DNA of 41,494 nt from a virus. Shown here piece after piece: positions 20,079 to 29,104 of the stretch. How positions within the stretch are numbered: position 1 is the stretch's first letter; each line of letters begins with the position of its first letter. Position numbers and translations under genes: made by a program. The DNA lies in the UHGV virus genome UHGV-1357485; one strand, written 5' to 3'. The notes beneath the pieces were generated by a model, which was given only the letters and a program-made list of their open reading frames with translations, was not told the origin of the DNA and ran no database searches.

Positions 20079-20660
20079 TTACTTGTTTTTGCCATGCTTA
20101 TCCTGAGCGATAAGTTCATCCATAAGACTGTCTTTCTTCCCAGCAAACCTAATGTAGCACTCATTTCTATAGCGTTCCGGGATAACAAAACGGTCGATTT
20201 CAGGATATCCAGTAGCAGAAGGTACCCGAATAAGAAGCCCTTTTTCGAGCAATGAGATTGCTTCAGGGCTTCCCTTTTCTGTCTTTAGCTGGTTATTAGC
20301 GGCTACAGCGAATGCCAAATACGCTCTTTCTCCAAGAGTTAACGAATCAAACAAATCTTGCACGTATTTCTCTTCTTTAGATTTGCGCTTCTGAGCAGCG
20401 AATATCTCAATTCTTTCAGTCACAGCGTGATAAGCGGAATTAACAACGCCGTTAAGCACATAGCTAACGCAAAACAACAGGATGTAATACATCCAGTAAT
20501 GAGGAAGGATTTCTGGATTATGCAGGTTTATCCATTCTTTTACGCTTACAGGCATAACAATAATCAATATGATCAGGATGATTAGCATATGAATCAACTG
20601 TTTAAGTGTCATTCCTTGCAGGAAAAAATGCATTAGTTCCTGCCACCATGAGTTGTTCAT
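20079..20660 (-). CDS. sieB: superinfection exclusion protein SieB-like (193 aa)
   Basis: Adjacent to N on the opposite strand as in lambda/P22; N-terminal TM segment; AT-rich. Confidence 0.55.
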   Translation of the reverse strand: MNNSWWQELMHFFLQGMTLKQLIHMLIILIILIIVMPVSVKEWINLHNPEILPHYWMYYILLFCVSYVLNGVVNSAYHAVTERIEIFAAQKRKSKEEKYVQDLFDSLTLGERAYLAFAVAANNQLKTEKGSPEAISLLEKGLLIRVPSATGYPEIDRFVIPERYRNECYIRFAGKKDSLMDELIAQDKHGKNK

Positions 20661-20873
20661 CGGCGTTTCTCTTTTGCTCTCTGTAGGGGTGAATAGAGTT
20701 TATCCGATTTCTCGCTGTAGGGGTACACGAGAACCACCGAGCCTGATGTGGTTAAAAGACAGGCATACTAATAAACACTGCACTGTGTATTCATTCCAAC
20801 GAGTGAATACACGGAGCAATGTCGCTCGTAACTAAACAGGAGCCGACTTGTTCTGATTATTGGAAATCTTCTT

Positions 20874-20901
20874 TGCCCTCCAGTGTGAGGGCAATTTTTT
20901 T
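20874..20901 (+). terminator. intrinsic terminator (tL-like) before the pL accessory genes
   Basis: TGCCCTC-CAGTGT-GAGGGCA hairpin followed by ATTTTTTT. Confidence 0.5.
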
Positions 20902-20913
20902 GACGGAGGATAT

Positions 20914-21867
20914 ATGAGTGAAGTAACAGATTTAGTTGTTATTGAAAAAGCAAATGCAATGACTGTATTTCAGTCTGCCGACCAGATTGAAGAAATCCTT
21001 CAAAAGGTTGAACGTGAAGTTATGTCCTTTGTGCCTGATATCACAACGGCAAAGGGCAGAAAGGAGATCGCTTCTCTGGCGTATAAAGTTGCGCAGACGA
21101 AAACATATCTCGATGGTCTTGGCAAAGACCTTGTTGCTGAACTGAAGGAAATTCCAAAGCTAATTGATGCTAACCGCAAGACAGTGCGTGATCGCCTTGA
21201 TGAGCTGAAAGCCAAGGCGCGCCAGCCTCTTACTGATTATGAGGAAGAACAGGCGCGGATTAAAGCCGAAGAAGAAGCTAAGGCAGCAGCTGAAGCTCTC
21301 GCAAAGCAAATTGAGTCTGACCATGAAATAGCTATTTTGATGGATCGCGAATTTGACCGCCAAAGAGAAGAGGCAAGACTCAAAGCGGAGCAGGAAGAAC
21401 GATTAAAAAGAGAAGCTGAAGAGAAAGCCAGAGCAGAAGCCGAAGCAAAGGCAAAAGCCGAAATTGAAGCAGCAGCAAGGCGAGAAGCAGAAGCTAAGGC
21501 CGCAGCGGAACGTGCAGAGCGTGAACGCATTGAAGCCGAGCAACGAGCACAGCGCGAAGCAAAAGAGGCAGCAGAACGAGCTGAAAGAGAAAAGCAGGCA
21601 GCAATTGAAGCAGAACGCAGAAAAGCACAGGAGGAGGCTGAACGAATCCGGCGCGAGGCTGAAGCAAAAGAGCAAGCCAGAATAGCAGAAGAAAAAAGAA
21701 TCAAGGAAGAAGAAGAGCGTAGAGCAAAGGATAAAGCTCACCGGAAAGAAGTAAATAACAAAATACTTGCTGACCTTATCAAGGTTGGCGCATCAGAAGA
21801 TGTTGCTAAAAATATCATAACAGCCATCGTAAAAGGCGAAGTATTCGCAACAAAAATAACCTACTAA
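20914..21867 (+). CDS. coiled-coil protein with A/E/K/R-rich TolA-like central repeat (317 aa)
   Basis: GGAGGA RBS before ATG 20914; about 150 aa of low-complexity helical repeats between distinct N- and C-terminal regions. Confidence 0.6.
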   Translation: MSEVTDLVVIEKANAMTVFQSADQIEEILQKVEREVMSFVPDITTAKGRKEIASLAYKVAQTKTYLDGLGKDLVAELKEIPKLIDANRKTVRDRLDELKAKARQPLTDYEEEQARIKAEEEAKAAAEALAKQIESDHEIAILMDREFDRQREEARLKAEQEERLKREAEEKARAEAEAKAKAEIEAAARREAEAKAAAERAERERIEAEQRAQREAKEAAERAEREKQAAIEAERRKAQEEAERIRREAEAKEQARIAEEKRIKEEEERRAKDKAHRKEVNNKILADLIKVGASEDVAKNIITAIVKGEVFATKITY

Positions 21868-21891
21868 TAAAACCAACATAAGGAACCACCC

Positions 21892-22023
21892 ATGATTTAC
21901 GCAATCGCGGGAGGCGCTCGCATGGGTGCCTTCCAACTAAATGAATCTTTACTTGAACGAATCACCCGTAAATTACGTGACGGATGGAAAAGAGTTGAGG
22001 TCTTATTATGCGCAATGAAATAG
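21892..22023 (+). CDS. cIII: CIII-like protein (43 aa)
   Basis: ...ESLLERITRKLRDGWKR... matches the recalled lambda CIII core; AAGGAA RBS. Confidence 0.65.
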   Translation: MIYAIAGGARMGAFQLNESLLERITRKLRDGWKRVEVLLCAMK

Positions 22024-22160
22024 CCATCAATCACCAGATGCTTCGTGCAGCACAAAACAAAGCAGTAATAGCCAGATTTATTGGTGATTCAAAAATGTGG
22101 CTTGAAGCAAATAAAGAGATGAAATCAGCTATCAACCTTCCGTGGTATCGCAGGAAATGA
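22008..22160 (+). CDS. kil: Kil-like small protein (50 aa)
   Basis: Overlaps the cIII 3' end; ...IARFIGDSKMW... resembles recalled lambda Kil; uncertain. Confidence 0.4.
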   Translation: MRNEIAINHQMLRAAQNKAVIARFIGDSKMWLEANKEMKSAINLPWYRRK

Positions 22161-22315
22161 GTTTTACAGATAACTGGTCAGACGAAGAATTCATTCGTCA
22201 GATGAAAGAATTAATCGGTAACGAAGGAGATATTCATGTCACTTGCAACCACAGTGAAGGAGAGCAAGTTACAGAGACGCATGTACACGCAGAAAGCTCT
22301 CTGGTATCGCCATAA
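22157..22315 (+). CDS. small acidic hypothetical protein (52 aa)
   Basis: ATGA overlap with the preceding ORF; hand-translated; weak. Confidence 0.3.
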   Translation: MSFTDNWSDEEFIRQMKELIGNEGDIHVTCNHSEGEQVTETHVHAESSLVSP

Positions 22316-22416
22316 TGGCGACCGCGAAGGAATGCGGGCATGCCTTAATTTGTCCCGAGTCGAAGTATTAAATCAGCGTTATTTTCTTGGGCCGTGTCCA
22401 TTCTGAGATCAAACAT

Positions 22417-23022
22417 ATGAGCAAAGAATTTTATGCAAGGCTGGCAGCCATTCAGGAGAATCTGAACGCGCCAAAGAATCAGTACAACTCATTCGGCAAA
22501 TATAAATACAGAAGCTGCGAAGACATTCTTGAAGGCGTTAAGCCGTTACTGAATGGCCTGTTTTTATCAATCAGCGATGAAGTTGTGTTGATTGGTGATC
22601 GGTATTACGTGAAAGCCACGGCAACTATTACCGATGGCGAAAACAGTCATACGGCAACCGCTCTTGCACGAGAGGAAGAAAGCAAGAAAGGAATGGATTC
22701 TGCACAAGTTACGGGAGCTACAAGCTCTTATGCACGCAAGTATTGCCTCAATGGTTTGTTCGGCATTGATGATGCGAAAGATGCAGATACCGACGAGCAT
22801 AAACATCAGCAGAACGCAGCAGCAAAGCAATCAAAACCATCACCTACACCTGAACAGGTTCTAAAAGCATTCACTGACGCAGCAATGCAGAAAAACACCG
22901 TAGAAGAGCTTAAACAGGCGTTCGCCAAAGCGTGGAAGATGCTCGAAGGCACACCGGAGCAGCACAAAGCGCAGGACGTTTACAACATCAGACGAGACGA
23001 ATTAGAAGGAGCGGCTGCTTAA
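22417..23022 (+). CDS. erf: ERF-family single-strand annealing protein (201 aa)
   Basis: N-terminus MSKEFYARLAAIQENLNAPKNQYNSFGKYKYRSCEDILEG... typical of P22 Erf-type recombinases. Confidence 0.8.
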   Translation: MSKEFYARLAAIQENLNAPKNQYNSFGKYKYRSCEDILEGVKPLLNGLFLSISDEVVLIGDRYYVKATATITDGENSHTATALAREEESKKGMDSAQVTGATSSYARKYCLNGLFGIDDAKDADTDEHKHQQNAAAKQSKPSPTPEQVLKAFTDAAMQKNTVEELKQAFAKAWKMLEGTPEQHKAQDVYNIRRDELEGAAA

Positions 23023-23405
23023 TGGCACATTCGATTACTGTAAGACTAAACAAGCCCGCAAGAGAGTTTCAGGCCGGGGAAAATATCGGATTCAACATCC
23101 GTGCTGGCGTTCAGTATTACGATCGCCAGACAAAAAAGAAAGAATGGACAAACTACAGCGCCGTTGTATTTGCCAAGCCGGGAGCGCAAGCGGATTACTA
23201 CCGTAGTGTTCTTGTTGAAGGTTGTATTGTGGAAATTACCGGAGAAAACATCAGGGTTGATGTTTATCAGGGGCAAAATGGTCAATCAATCACTCTTGAA
23301 TTACTGAATGCAAAGATTGGATTTGCAGATTCAGGAAATGGCCCGCAGCAGCAAAGTAGTAACCAGCAGAACACTCCTGTATACGACGATTCCATCCCAT
23401 TCTGA
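23022..23405 (+). CDS. ssb: phage single-stranded DNA-binding protein (127 aa)
   Basis: Acidic C-terminal tail ending DDSIPF (SSB signature); ATG overlaps the erf stop with AGGAG RBS. Confidence 0.7.
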   Translation: MAHSITVRLNKPAREFQAGENIGFNIRAGVQYYDRQTKKKEWTNYSAVVFAKPGAQADYYRSVLVEGCIVEITGENIRVDVYQGQNGQSITLELLNAKIGFADSGNGPQQQSSNQQNTPVYDDSIPF

Positions 23406-23428
23406 TTTAGAAAAATAAGGATTCCATT

Positions 23429-23722
23429 ATGCCAGCGCCTCTGTATGGTGCGGATGACCCGCGCTGCTGTTCCGGCAATTCCGTATCGGAGGTGCTGGAT
23501 AAATTCAGAAAAAACTACGACAGGATAATGTCTCTACCGCAGGAAACGAAAGATGAAAAGGAATTTCGCCACTGTATATGGCTTGCAGAGAAAGAAGAAC
23601 GCGAGCGAATTTACCAGACATCAATCCGACCATTCCGCAAAGCCACATATACCCACTTCCCTGAAATTGACCCGCGCCTGCGTAATTACCGCTCACGCTA
23701 TGGCGCTATCAGTAATGACTGA
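23429..23722 (+). CDS. hypothetical protein (97 aa)
   Basis: ORF track. Confidence 0.45.
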   Translation: MPAPLYGADDPRCCSGNSVSEVLDKFRKNYDRIMSLPQETKDEKEFRHCIWLAEKEERERIYQTSIRPFRKATYTHFPEIDPRLRNYRSRYGAISND

Positions 23723-23732
23723 GGAATTTACC

Positions 23733-23900
23733 ATGAGAGGACTTGCATACAATCCCGGCATTCTTCCGGCAGAAATGATTATTCGCCAACGCGCAAAGCC
23801 AATGCCATCGAGAGAGGAATTACTTAAGAGAAAGAGTTTCGGTTCTGTTAATGACAACAAATATCTGAATGCGATGTTGCGCAAAGGAGGCAACCAGTGA
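23733..23900 (+). CDS. hypothetical small protein (55 aa)
   Basis: GAGGA RBS before ATG 23733; track ORF extended upstream from an alternative start. Confidence 0.35.
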   Translation: MRGLAYNPGILPAEMIIRQRAKPMPSREELLKRKSFGSVNDNKYLNAMLRKGGNQ

Positions 23901-24463
23901 GCAAGATTGACTATCAGGTACTGCGTGCTAAGGCAGAAAAAGCAACGTGTGGCGAGTGGTCGCTCGAATATGGAGAGAGCCGATTTGATGGTGATGATGC
24001 GCTAATTCATCGTGAAGTTGCTGGATATATTCCCATTTGCAAAATTGAAGGAGCGCATCCAGAAAGCGGTTTCGATGAAGATTTCCAAATGGAACAGCAG
24101 GCCAATGCTGAATTCATCGCCGCAGCCAATCCGGCTACCGTCTTGGCGCTGCTTGGCGAGCTGGAAGCAGCAAAAAAGCGCATAGCAGAACTGGAAGCCG
24201 AACCTGTAAGCCAAACTTGCAAGTTGAACGATCCATCGGGCAACTCTCCGGTAACTCCGGGTGGTTGGATAAGCTGTAGTGATCGAATGCCGGAAGACAC
24301 CAAAATGTTACTGGCATTTAGTCAAGGTGAAATCGTGGCCGCATATTGGAACTGGGTTGTAAATCCAATTGATTACAAAAAATATAGAGCTTTCACGTAT
24401 TTATCAGGAAATATCTTGGATGACGTAACTCACTGGATGCCGCTACCAGAGCCTCCACTTTGA
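23897..24463 (+). CDS. Ead/Ea22-like protein with C-terminal DUF551-like region (188 aa)
   Basis: C-terminal ...[10 protein letters not shown] motif common in lambdoid early-region genes; ATGA overlap with upstream ORF. Confidence 0.55.
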   Translation: MSKIDYQVLRAKAEKATCGEWSLEYGESRFDGDDALIHREVAGYIPICKIEGAHPESGFDEDFQMEQQANAEFIAAANPATVLALLGELEAAKKRIAELEAEPVSQTCKLNDPSGNSPVTPGGWISCSDRMPEDTKMLLAFSQGEIVAAYWNWVVNPIDYKKYRAFTYLSGNILDDVTHWMPLPEPPL

Positions 24464-24559
24464 AAGCGAAGCTTATACATATCTTTTACATCAGCAATCT
24501 ATTGTTAATCTCCAATCAATGTTACGTTGTCATCTCACTCATGCTTTGGAGGTAGTGAT

Positions 24560-24682
24560 ATGTCTTGTCCAAAATGCGGTTCTGGAAATATTGCAAAAGA
24601 AAAAACAATGCGTGGATGGTCTGGTGATTATGTGTGCTGCGATTGCGGATACAACGACTCGGTAATGACTCCAACTTATTGA
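24560..24682 (+). pseudogene. zinc-ribbon small protein gene truncated by IS1 insertion
   Basis: GGAGG RBS, CPKCG...CCDCG; reading frame enters IS1 at 24661; original 3' end (about 59 aa total) resumes after the IS at 25438-25517. Confidence 0.55.
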
Positions 24683-25179
24683 TAGTGTTTTATGTTCAGA
24701 TAATGCCCGATGACTTTGTCATGCAGCTCCACCGATTTTGAGAACGACAGCGACTTCCGTCCCAGCCGTGCCAGGTGCTGCCTCAGATTCAGGTTATGCC
24801 GCTCAATTCGCTGCGTATATCGCTTGCTGATTACGTGCAGCTTTCCCTTCAGGCGGGATTCATACAGCGGCCAGCCATCCGTCATCCATATCACCACGTC
24901 AAAGGGTGACAGCAGGCTCATAAGACGCCCCAGCGTCGCCATAGTGCGTTCACCGAATACGTGCGCAACAACCGTCTTCCGGAGACTGTCATACGCGTAA
25001 AACAGCCAGCGCTGGCGCGATTTAGCCCCGACATAGCCCCACTGTTCGTCCATTTCCGCGCAGACGATGACGTCACTGCCCGGCTGTATGCGCGAGGTTA
25101 CCGACTGCGGCCTGAGTTTTTTAAGTGACGTAAAATCGTGTTGAGGCCAACGCCCATAATGCGGGCAGTTGCCCGGCAT
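24676..25179 (-). CDS. insB: IS1 transposase InsB (167 aa)
   Basis: Matches recalled IS1 InsB. Confidence 0.9.
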
Positions 25180-25373
25180 CCAACGCCATTCATGGCCATA
25201 TCAATGATTTTCTGGTGCGTACCGGGTTGAGAAGCGGTGTAAGTGAACTGCAGTTGCCATGTTTTACGGCAGTGAGAGCAGAGATAGCGCTGATGTCCGG
25301 CGGTGCTTTTGCCGTTACGCACCACCCCGTCAGTAGCTGAACAGGAGGGACAGCTGATAGAAACAGAAGCCAC
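25098..25373 (-). CDS. insA: IS1 protein InsA (91 aa)
   Basis: Matches recalled IS1 InsA (zinc-finger/HTH). Confidence 0.9.
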
Positions 25374-25579
25374 TGGAGCACCTCAAAAACACCATCATAC
25401 ACTAAATCAGTAAGTTGGCAGCATCACCCAACGACTCTAAAGACGCATTTGGAGAGCGTGGTAAAAACGAGTTTGTCAAAATTAATAAAGATCGCGAAGG
25501 CAACGGAAAAAGCTAATTTATTTATTCATATATGAAAACAATGTAACCAATATTCGAATTGAAGAACTGAAAGAACACC

Positions 25580-25603
25580 AAGCCGCCTGATGGCGGTTTT
25601 TTA
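25580..25603 (+). terminator. intrinsic terminator
   Basis: GCCGCC-TGAT-GGCGG hairpin followed by TTTTTTATT. Confidence 0.5.
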
Positions 25604-25616
25604 TTGGAGACAAGAA

Positions 25617-25961
25617 ATGTCAGATTTGGCTATGAAGGTTTTGAAATGGCAATCAACTGGCGATGTCGGTATCAGTAGCGCAACTCTTGCCTCAATCGCA
25701 TGTGGGCTGAAAAAGAATATCTATGGTCATCACTTCGGCGCTCCACATGACGCAGCCGATTTCAGACGATGCGTTGCACTTGTTGAGCAGATTCCAGAAA
25801 TCAGAGATTCATTCGACAAGGTTGCAAAGCGCGTTCCGGCATTCAAAGGCATCCTCACCGAATGGGATTCCCTCGTTGCTCTGTTGAAGTCTGAAATGAA
25901 GATACACGGAAACAAAGCACCAGAGACTTACAGAAGAATTAGCGAGTTACGCAAGGACTAA
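25617..25961 (+). CDS. hypothetical protein (114 aa) flanked by terminators
   Basis: GGAGA RBS before ATG 25617; no family recognised. Confidence 0.5.
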   Translation: MSDLAMKVLKWQSTGDVGISSATLASIACGLKKNIYGHHFGAPHDAADFRRCVALVEQIPEIRDSFDKVAKRVPAFKGILTEWDSLVALLKSEMKIHGNKAPETYRRISELRKD

Positions 25962-26018
25962 CCACAGCCTCACACTCGATGAGGCATTTTCATTTATCAA
26001 GATATCCAGACCTACCAT

Positions 26019-26042
26019 CGCCGCATCAATGCGGTTTTTTTA
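26019..26042 (+). terminator. intrinsic terminator
   Basis: CCGCAT-CA-ATGCGG hairpin followed by TTTTTTTATT. Confidence 0.45.
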
Positions 26043-26086
26043 TTGCCTGATTTGCAGGTTCGATTCCCTATTCGGAGATAGCACTC

Positions 26087-26287
26087 ATGCAACACGAACT
26101 ACAGCCTGATTCACTGGTTGATTTGAAATTCATCATGGCCGATACTGGCTTCGGTAAAACCTTCATCTATGACCGGATTAAGTCCGGGGACCTGCCTAAA
26201 GCCAAAGTTATCCACGGGCGAGCAAGATGGTTATATCGTGACCATTGTGAATTCAAAAATAAGCTCTTAAGCCGCGCCAATGGGTAA
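26087..26287 (+). CDS. AlpA-family excisionase / transcriptional regulator (66 aa)
   Basis: Small HTH protein of AlpA type immediately upstream of the P4-type integrase; GGAGA RBS. Confidence 0.7.
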   Translation: MQHELQPDSLVDLKFIMADTGFGKTFIYDRIKSGDLPKAKVIHGRARWLYRDHCEFKNKLLSRANG

Positions 26288-26536
26288 AATAGCGGGTAAA
26301 ATATTTCTCACATCTAAAAAACATCATTCCAATCAATCCCCTGCCGCGCCAAGTAGATGTCTGCAGGGGACACCATTTATCAGTTCGCCACCATCCGTGC
26401 CAGTCCGCAAAATCCCCTGAATATCAAGCCTTCCGTATATTCACGGTTCGTCATGGTTCGCGTCAGATCGTTGACAGCCGCACACCATGACGGGTAAAAA
26501 GTGGATAAAATAATTTTACCCACCGGATTTTTACCC
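26281..26536. repeat. GGGTAAAA direct and inverted repeats around the att core (candidate arm-type Int/Xis binding sites)
   Basis: At least three direct GGGTAAAA copies and two inverted TTTTACCC copies in the xis-int interval. Confidence 0.4.
26361..26375 (+). other. attP core candidate: 15-nt match to the 3' end of tRNA-Arg(CCU) argW (CTGCAGGGGACACCA)
   Basis: Identity to the recalled argW 3' terminus, about 160 bp upstream of an IntS-like integrase in the same orientation. Confidence 0.5.
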
Positions 26537-27694
26537 ATGCTCACCGTTAAGCAGATTGAAGCAGCAAAGCCGAAAGAAAAACCATACCGCCTTCTCGATG
26601 GTAATGGCCTGTACCTTTATGTCCCTGTGTCAGGGAAAAAGGTATGGCAGCTTCGCTACAAGATTGACGGTAAGGAGAAAATCCTGACCGTCGGAAAATA
26701 TCCGCTTATGACTTTGCAGGAGGCAAGGGATAAAGCATGGACCGCGAGGAAAGACATCTCGGTTGGCATCGATCCAGTAAAAGCGAAAAAGGCTTCGTCT
26801 AACAACAATTCCTTTAGCGCCATTTACAAGGAATGGTACGAGCACAAGAAGCAAGTCTGGTCAGTAGGCTATGCAAATGAACTTGCAAAAATGTTTGATG
26901 ACGACATTTTACCCATCATCGGCGGCCTTGAAATTCAGGATATTGAGCCGATGCAACTTCTTGAAGTAATCCGCAGATTTGAAGATCGCGGTGCAATGGA
27001 GCGAGCCAACAAAGCCCGCAGAAGATGCGGCGAGGTTTTCCGTTACGCTATTGTCACTGGTAGGGCTAAATATAACCCGGCACCTGACCTTGCTGACGCC
27101 ATGAAGGGATACCGCAAGAAAAACTTCCCGTTTCTTCCTGCAGACCAGATCCCGGCATTTAACAAAGCACTGGCAACATTTTCAGGAAGCATCGTATCGC
27201 TCATTGCGACCAAAGTTTTACGCTACACAGCCCTCAGAACAAAAGAGCTTCGTTCCATGCTATGGAAGAACGTCGATTTTGAAAACAGGATTATCACCAT
27301 CGACGCCAATGTGATGAAGGGACGCAAAATTCATGTGGTTCCTATGTCAGACCAGGTAGTTGAACTTCTCACTACGCTAAGCTCAATCACTAAACCAGTG
27401 TCAGAGTTTGTTTTTGCCGGGCGCAACGATAAGAAGAAGCCAATCTGCGAGAACGCGGTATTACTTGTGATCAAACAAATCGGCTATGAGGGTCTGGAAA
27501 GCGGTCACGGATTCAGGCATGAATTCAGCACGATTATGAACGAGAACGAATGGCCTGCTGATGCTATTGAAGTGCAACTGGCACATGCCAACGGCGGTTC
27601 TGTGCGTGGAATTTACAACCACGCTCAGTATCTTGATAAGCGCAGAGAAATGATGCACTGGTGGGCGGACTGGCTTGATGGGAAGGTGGAGTAG
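26537..27694 (+). CDS. int: tyrosine integrase, P4/IntS-type (385 aa from ATG 26537)
   Basis: N-terminal arm-binding region MLTVKQIEAAKPKEKPYRLLDGNGLYL...; C-terminal catalytic ...HGFRH...; resembles recalled E. coli IntS. Confidence 0.9.
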   Translation: MLTVKQIEAAKPKEKPYRLLDGNGLYLYVPVSGKKVWQLRYKIDGKEKILTVGKYPLMTLQEARDKAWTARKDISVGIDPVKAKKASSNNNSFSAIYKEWYEHKKQVWSVGYANELAKMFDDDILPIIGGLEIQDIEPMQLLEVIRRFEDRGAMERANKARRRCGEVFRYAIVTGRAKYNPAPDLADAMKGYRKKNFPFLPADQIPAFNKALATFSGSIVSLIATKVLRYTALRTKELRSMLWKNVDFENRIITIDANVMKGRKIHVVPMSDQVVELLTTLSSITKPVSEFVFAGRNDKKKPICENAVLLVIKQIGYEGLESGHGFRHEFSTIMNENEWPADAIEVQLAHANGGSVRGIYNHAQYLDKRREMMHWWADWLDGKVE

Positions 27695-27867
27695 TTATTA
27701 CAACGATTCTTATAAAAAAGAAAAGCCTTGCACATATAGCAAAGCTTTTCACTTCTCGGGATTTCTTACACCAAGAAACCCTCAACAATAACAAAATGCA
27801 ATTTTATATGTTAACTACATATGCATTTCATTAAAACCAATCATAAATGCTTATCATACTTTAATTG

Positions 27868-28995
27868 CTATAATTGATTGCCTTCTATTTTTTCAACTCG
27901 AGTGGTTGAAACATCATTCTTAAATCCACTCCACCATTTTCTTAGCTTATTGTTTATTGGCTTTTCAAAAAACAAATACATCATTATTGATATAAATAAT
28001 GAAGAAAACAGAGCCATTACTATAAATTTAATTACACTTATAGCACCAAGACCAGAAACATTAAAGAACTTGCTCAATGTACTGATTACTATAGTGTGGA
28101 CCAAGTAAAATGAAAAAGAAGCATCACCTAAAAGTATCATAACTTTATTTGATATTATTTTTGAAATAATACCACCATTAAACGAAAACACTAATATTGA
28201 AAAGGCCATTGATGGTATAAAAAGCGCATCATACTGTAATCCATTGCCATTTTGACTTTTTGCCACCATATAGACAGACATTAGGATAAAGACTACAGAT
28301 GATATTTCAGCAAATGATAGAACTAAATATGACGGCTTTGACTTAAACTCAAAATATAGTTTACACAATATAATACCGATTAAAAAGTCAGGCAACCTAT
28401 TAAAAGGGTTTATGTAAAAGAACCAGTGAGAGAACGCATCACTAATTTCCCCATAGCTTGCCATGTAAATAATATTAATTAAAATTAACGCAGCAAACAA
28501 AGCGAGCATTCTTTTTCGCGCAAAAATTATAAAACAAAAAGAAACATAAAAGAACATTTCTACAGAAATGCTCCAGGATACTGCATTGAATGAGAAATAG
28601 TCTTCCTTATCTACTGAGTAAGACTGAATTAATAGTGCATTTTTTATTATAGACAATATATTTGGTGAGAATCCACCACCTAATATTGAGTGTCCAACTA
28701 TAAACACAGTCAAGCAAAGCAAATGTACTGGATATATTCTAAATACTCGATGCGCAAGAAAATCAACAAAACTTCCGTTGCCATTACGCAATGAAATAGT
28801 AAAACTATATGTTAATATAAACCCAGATAAAATAAAAAAGAAAGTAACACCAGAATACCCAAGTTTAAAATATTCAAATGATGAAGCAAAATCTCTATTA
28901 CTTGAATTTTGTATTACCGCCATGTGGCTAAAAAACACCCCAAGGGCTGCAAATGCCCTTAGGGATGTCAGGCTATTTAGTCTTTCTGCGCGCAT
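27868..28995 (-). CDS. acyltransferase-3 family membrane protein, probable O-antigen acetyltransferase (lysogenic conversion)
   Basis: N-terminal ...RLNSLTSLRAFAALGVFFSHM... and about ten TM segments; AT-rich; between tailspike and att/int where Sf6 carries oac and P22 carries gtrABC. Confidence 0.75.
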   Translation of the reverse strand: MRAERLNSLTSLRAFAALGVFFSHMAVIQNSSNRDFASSFEYFKLGYSGVTFFFILSGFILTYSFTISLRNGNGSFVDFLAHRVFRIYPVHLLCLTVFIVGHSILGGGFSPNILSIIKNALLIQSYSVDKEDYFSFNAVSWSISVEMFFYVSFCFIIFARKRMLALFAALILINIIYMASYGEISDAFSHWFFYINPFNRLPDFLIGIILCKLYFEFKSKPSYLVLSFAEISSVVFILMSVYMVAKSQNGNGLQYDALFIPSMAFSILVFSFNGGIISKIISNKVMILLGDASFSFYLVHTIVISTLSKFFNVSGLGAISVIKFIVMALFSSLFISIMMYLFFEKPINNKLRKWWSGFKNDVSTTRVEKIEGNQL

Positions 28996-29104
28996 GATAC
29001 ACCTATGTTTTAATGCACAAAAATGCAACAAAAGATTGATGATACCATAAGCAACAGAAAAATCACATGATCACTTACTCACGTTCAACTTGTACCATCA
29101 GAAT

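Larger units (their letters stand above)
24661..25428 (-). mobile_element. IS1 insertion sequence (768 bp) flanked by 9-bp target-site duplication CAACGACTC
   Basis: Terminal inverted repeats GGTAATGACTCCAACTTATTGAT / GGTGATGCTGCCAACTTACTGAT; insA and insB inside; identical 9-mers at 24652-24660 and 25429-25437. Confidence 0.95.

Noticed and set aside
21000-21741. Several minus-strand ORFs (71-155 aa) antisense to the coiled-coil gene
   Set aside because: Low-complexity Ser/Ala/Cys/Phe-rich translations produced by the reverse complement of the GAA/GCA-rich repeat; no RBS; overlap a well-supported plus-strand gene.
26046-26376. A full-length tRNA gene near the integrase
   Set aside because: Only 15-16-nt segments resembling the argW T-arm and 3' end are present, separated by the excisionase gene; no complete cloverleaf.
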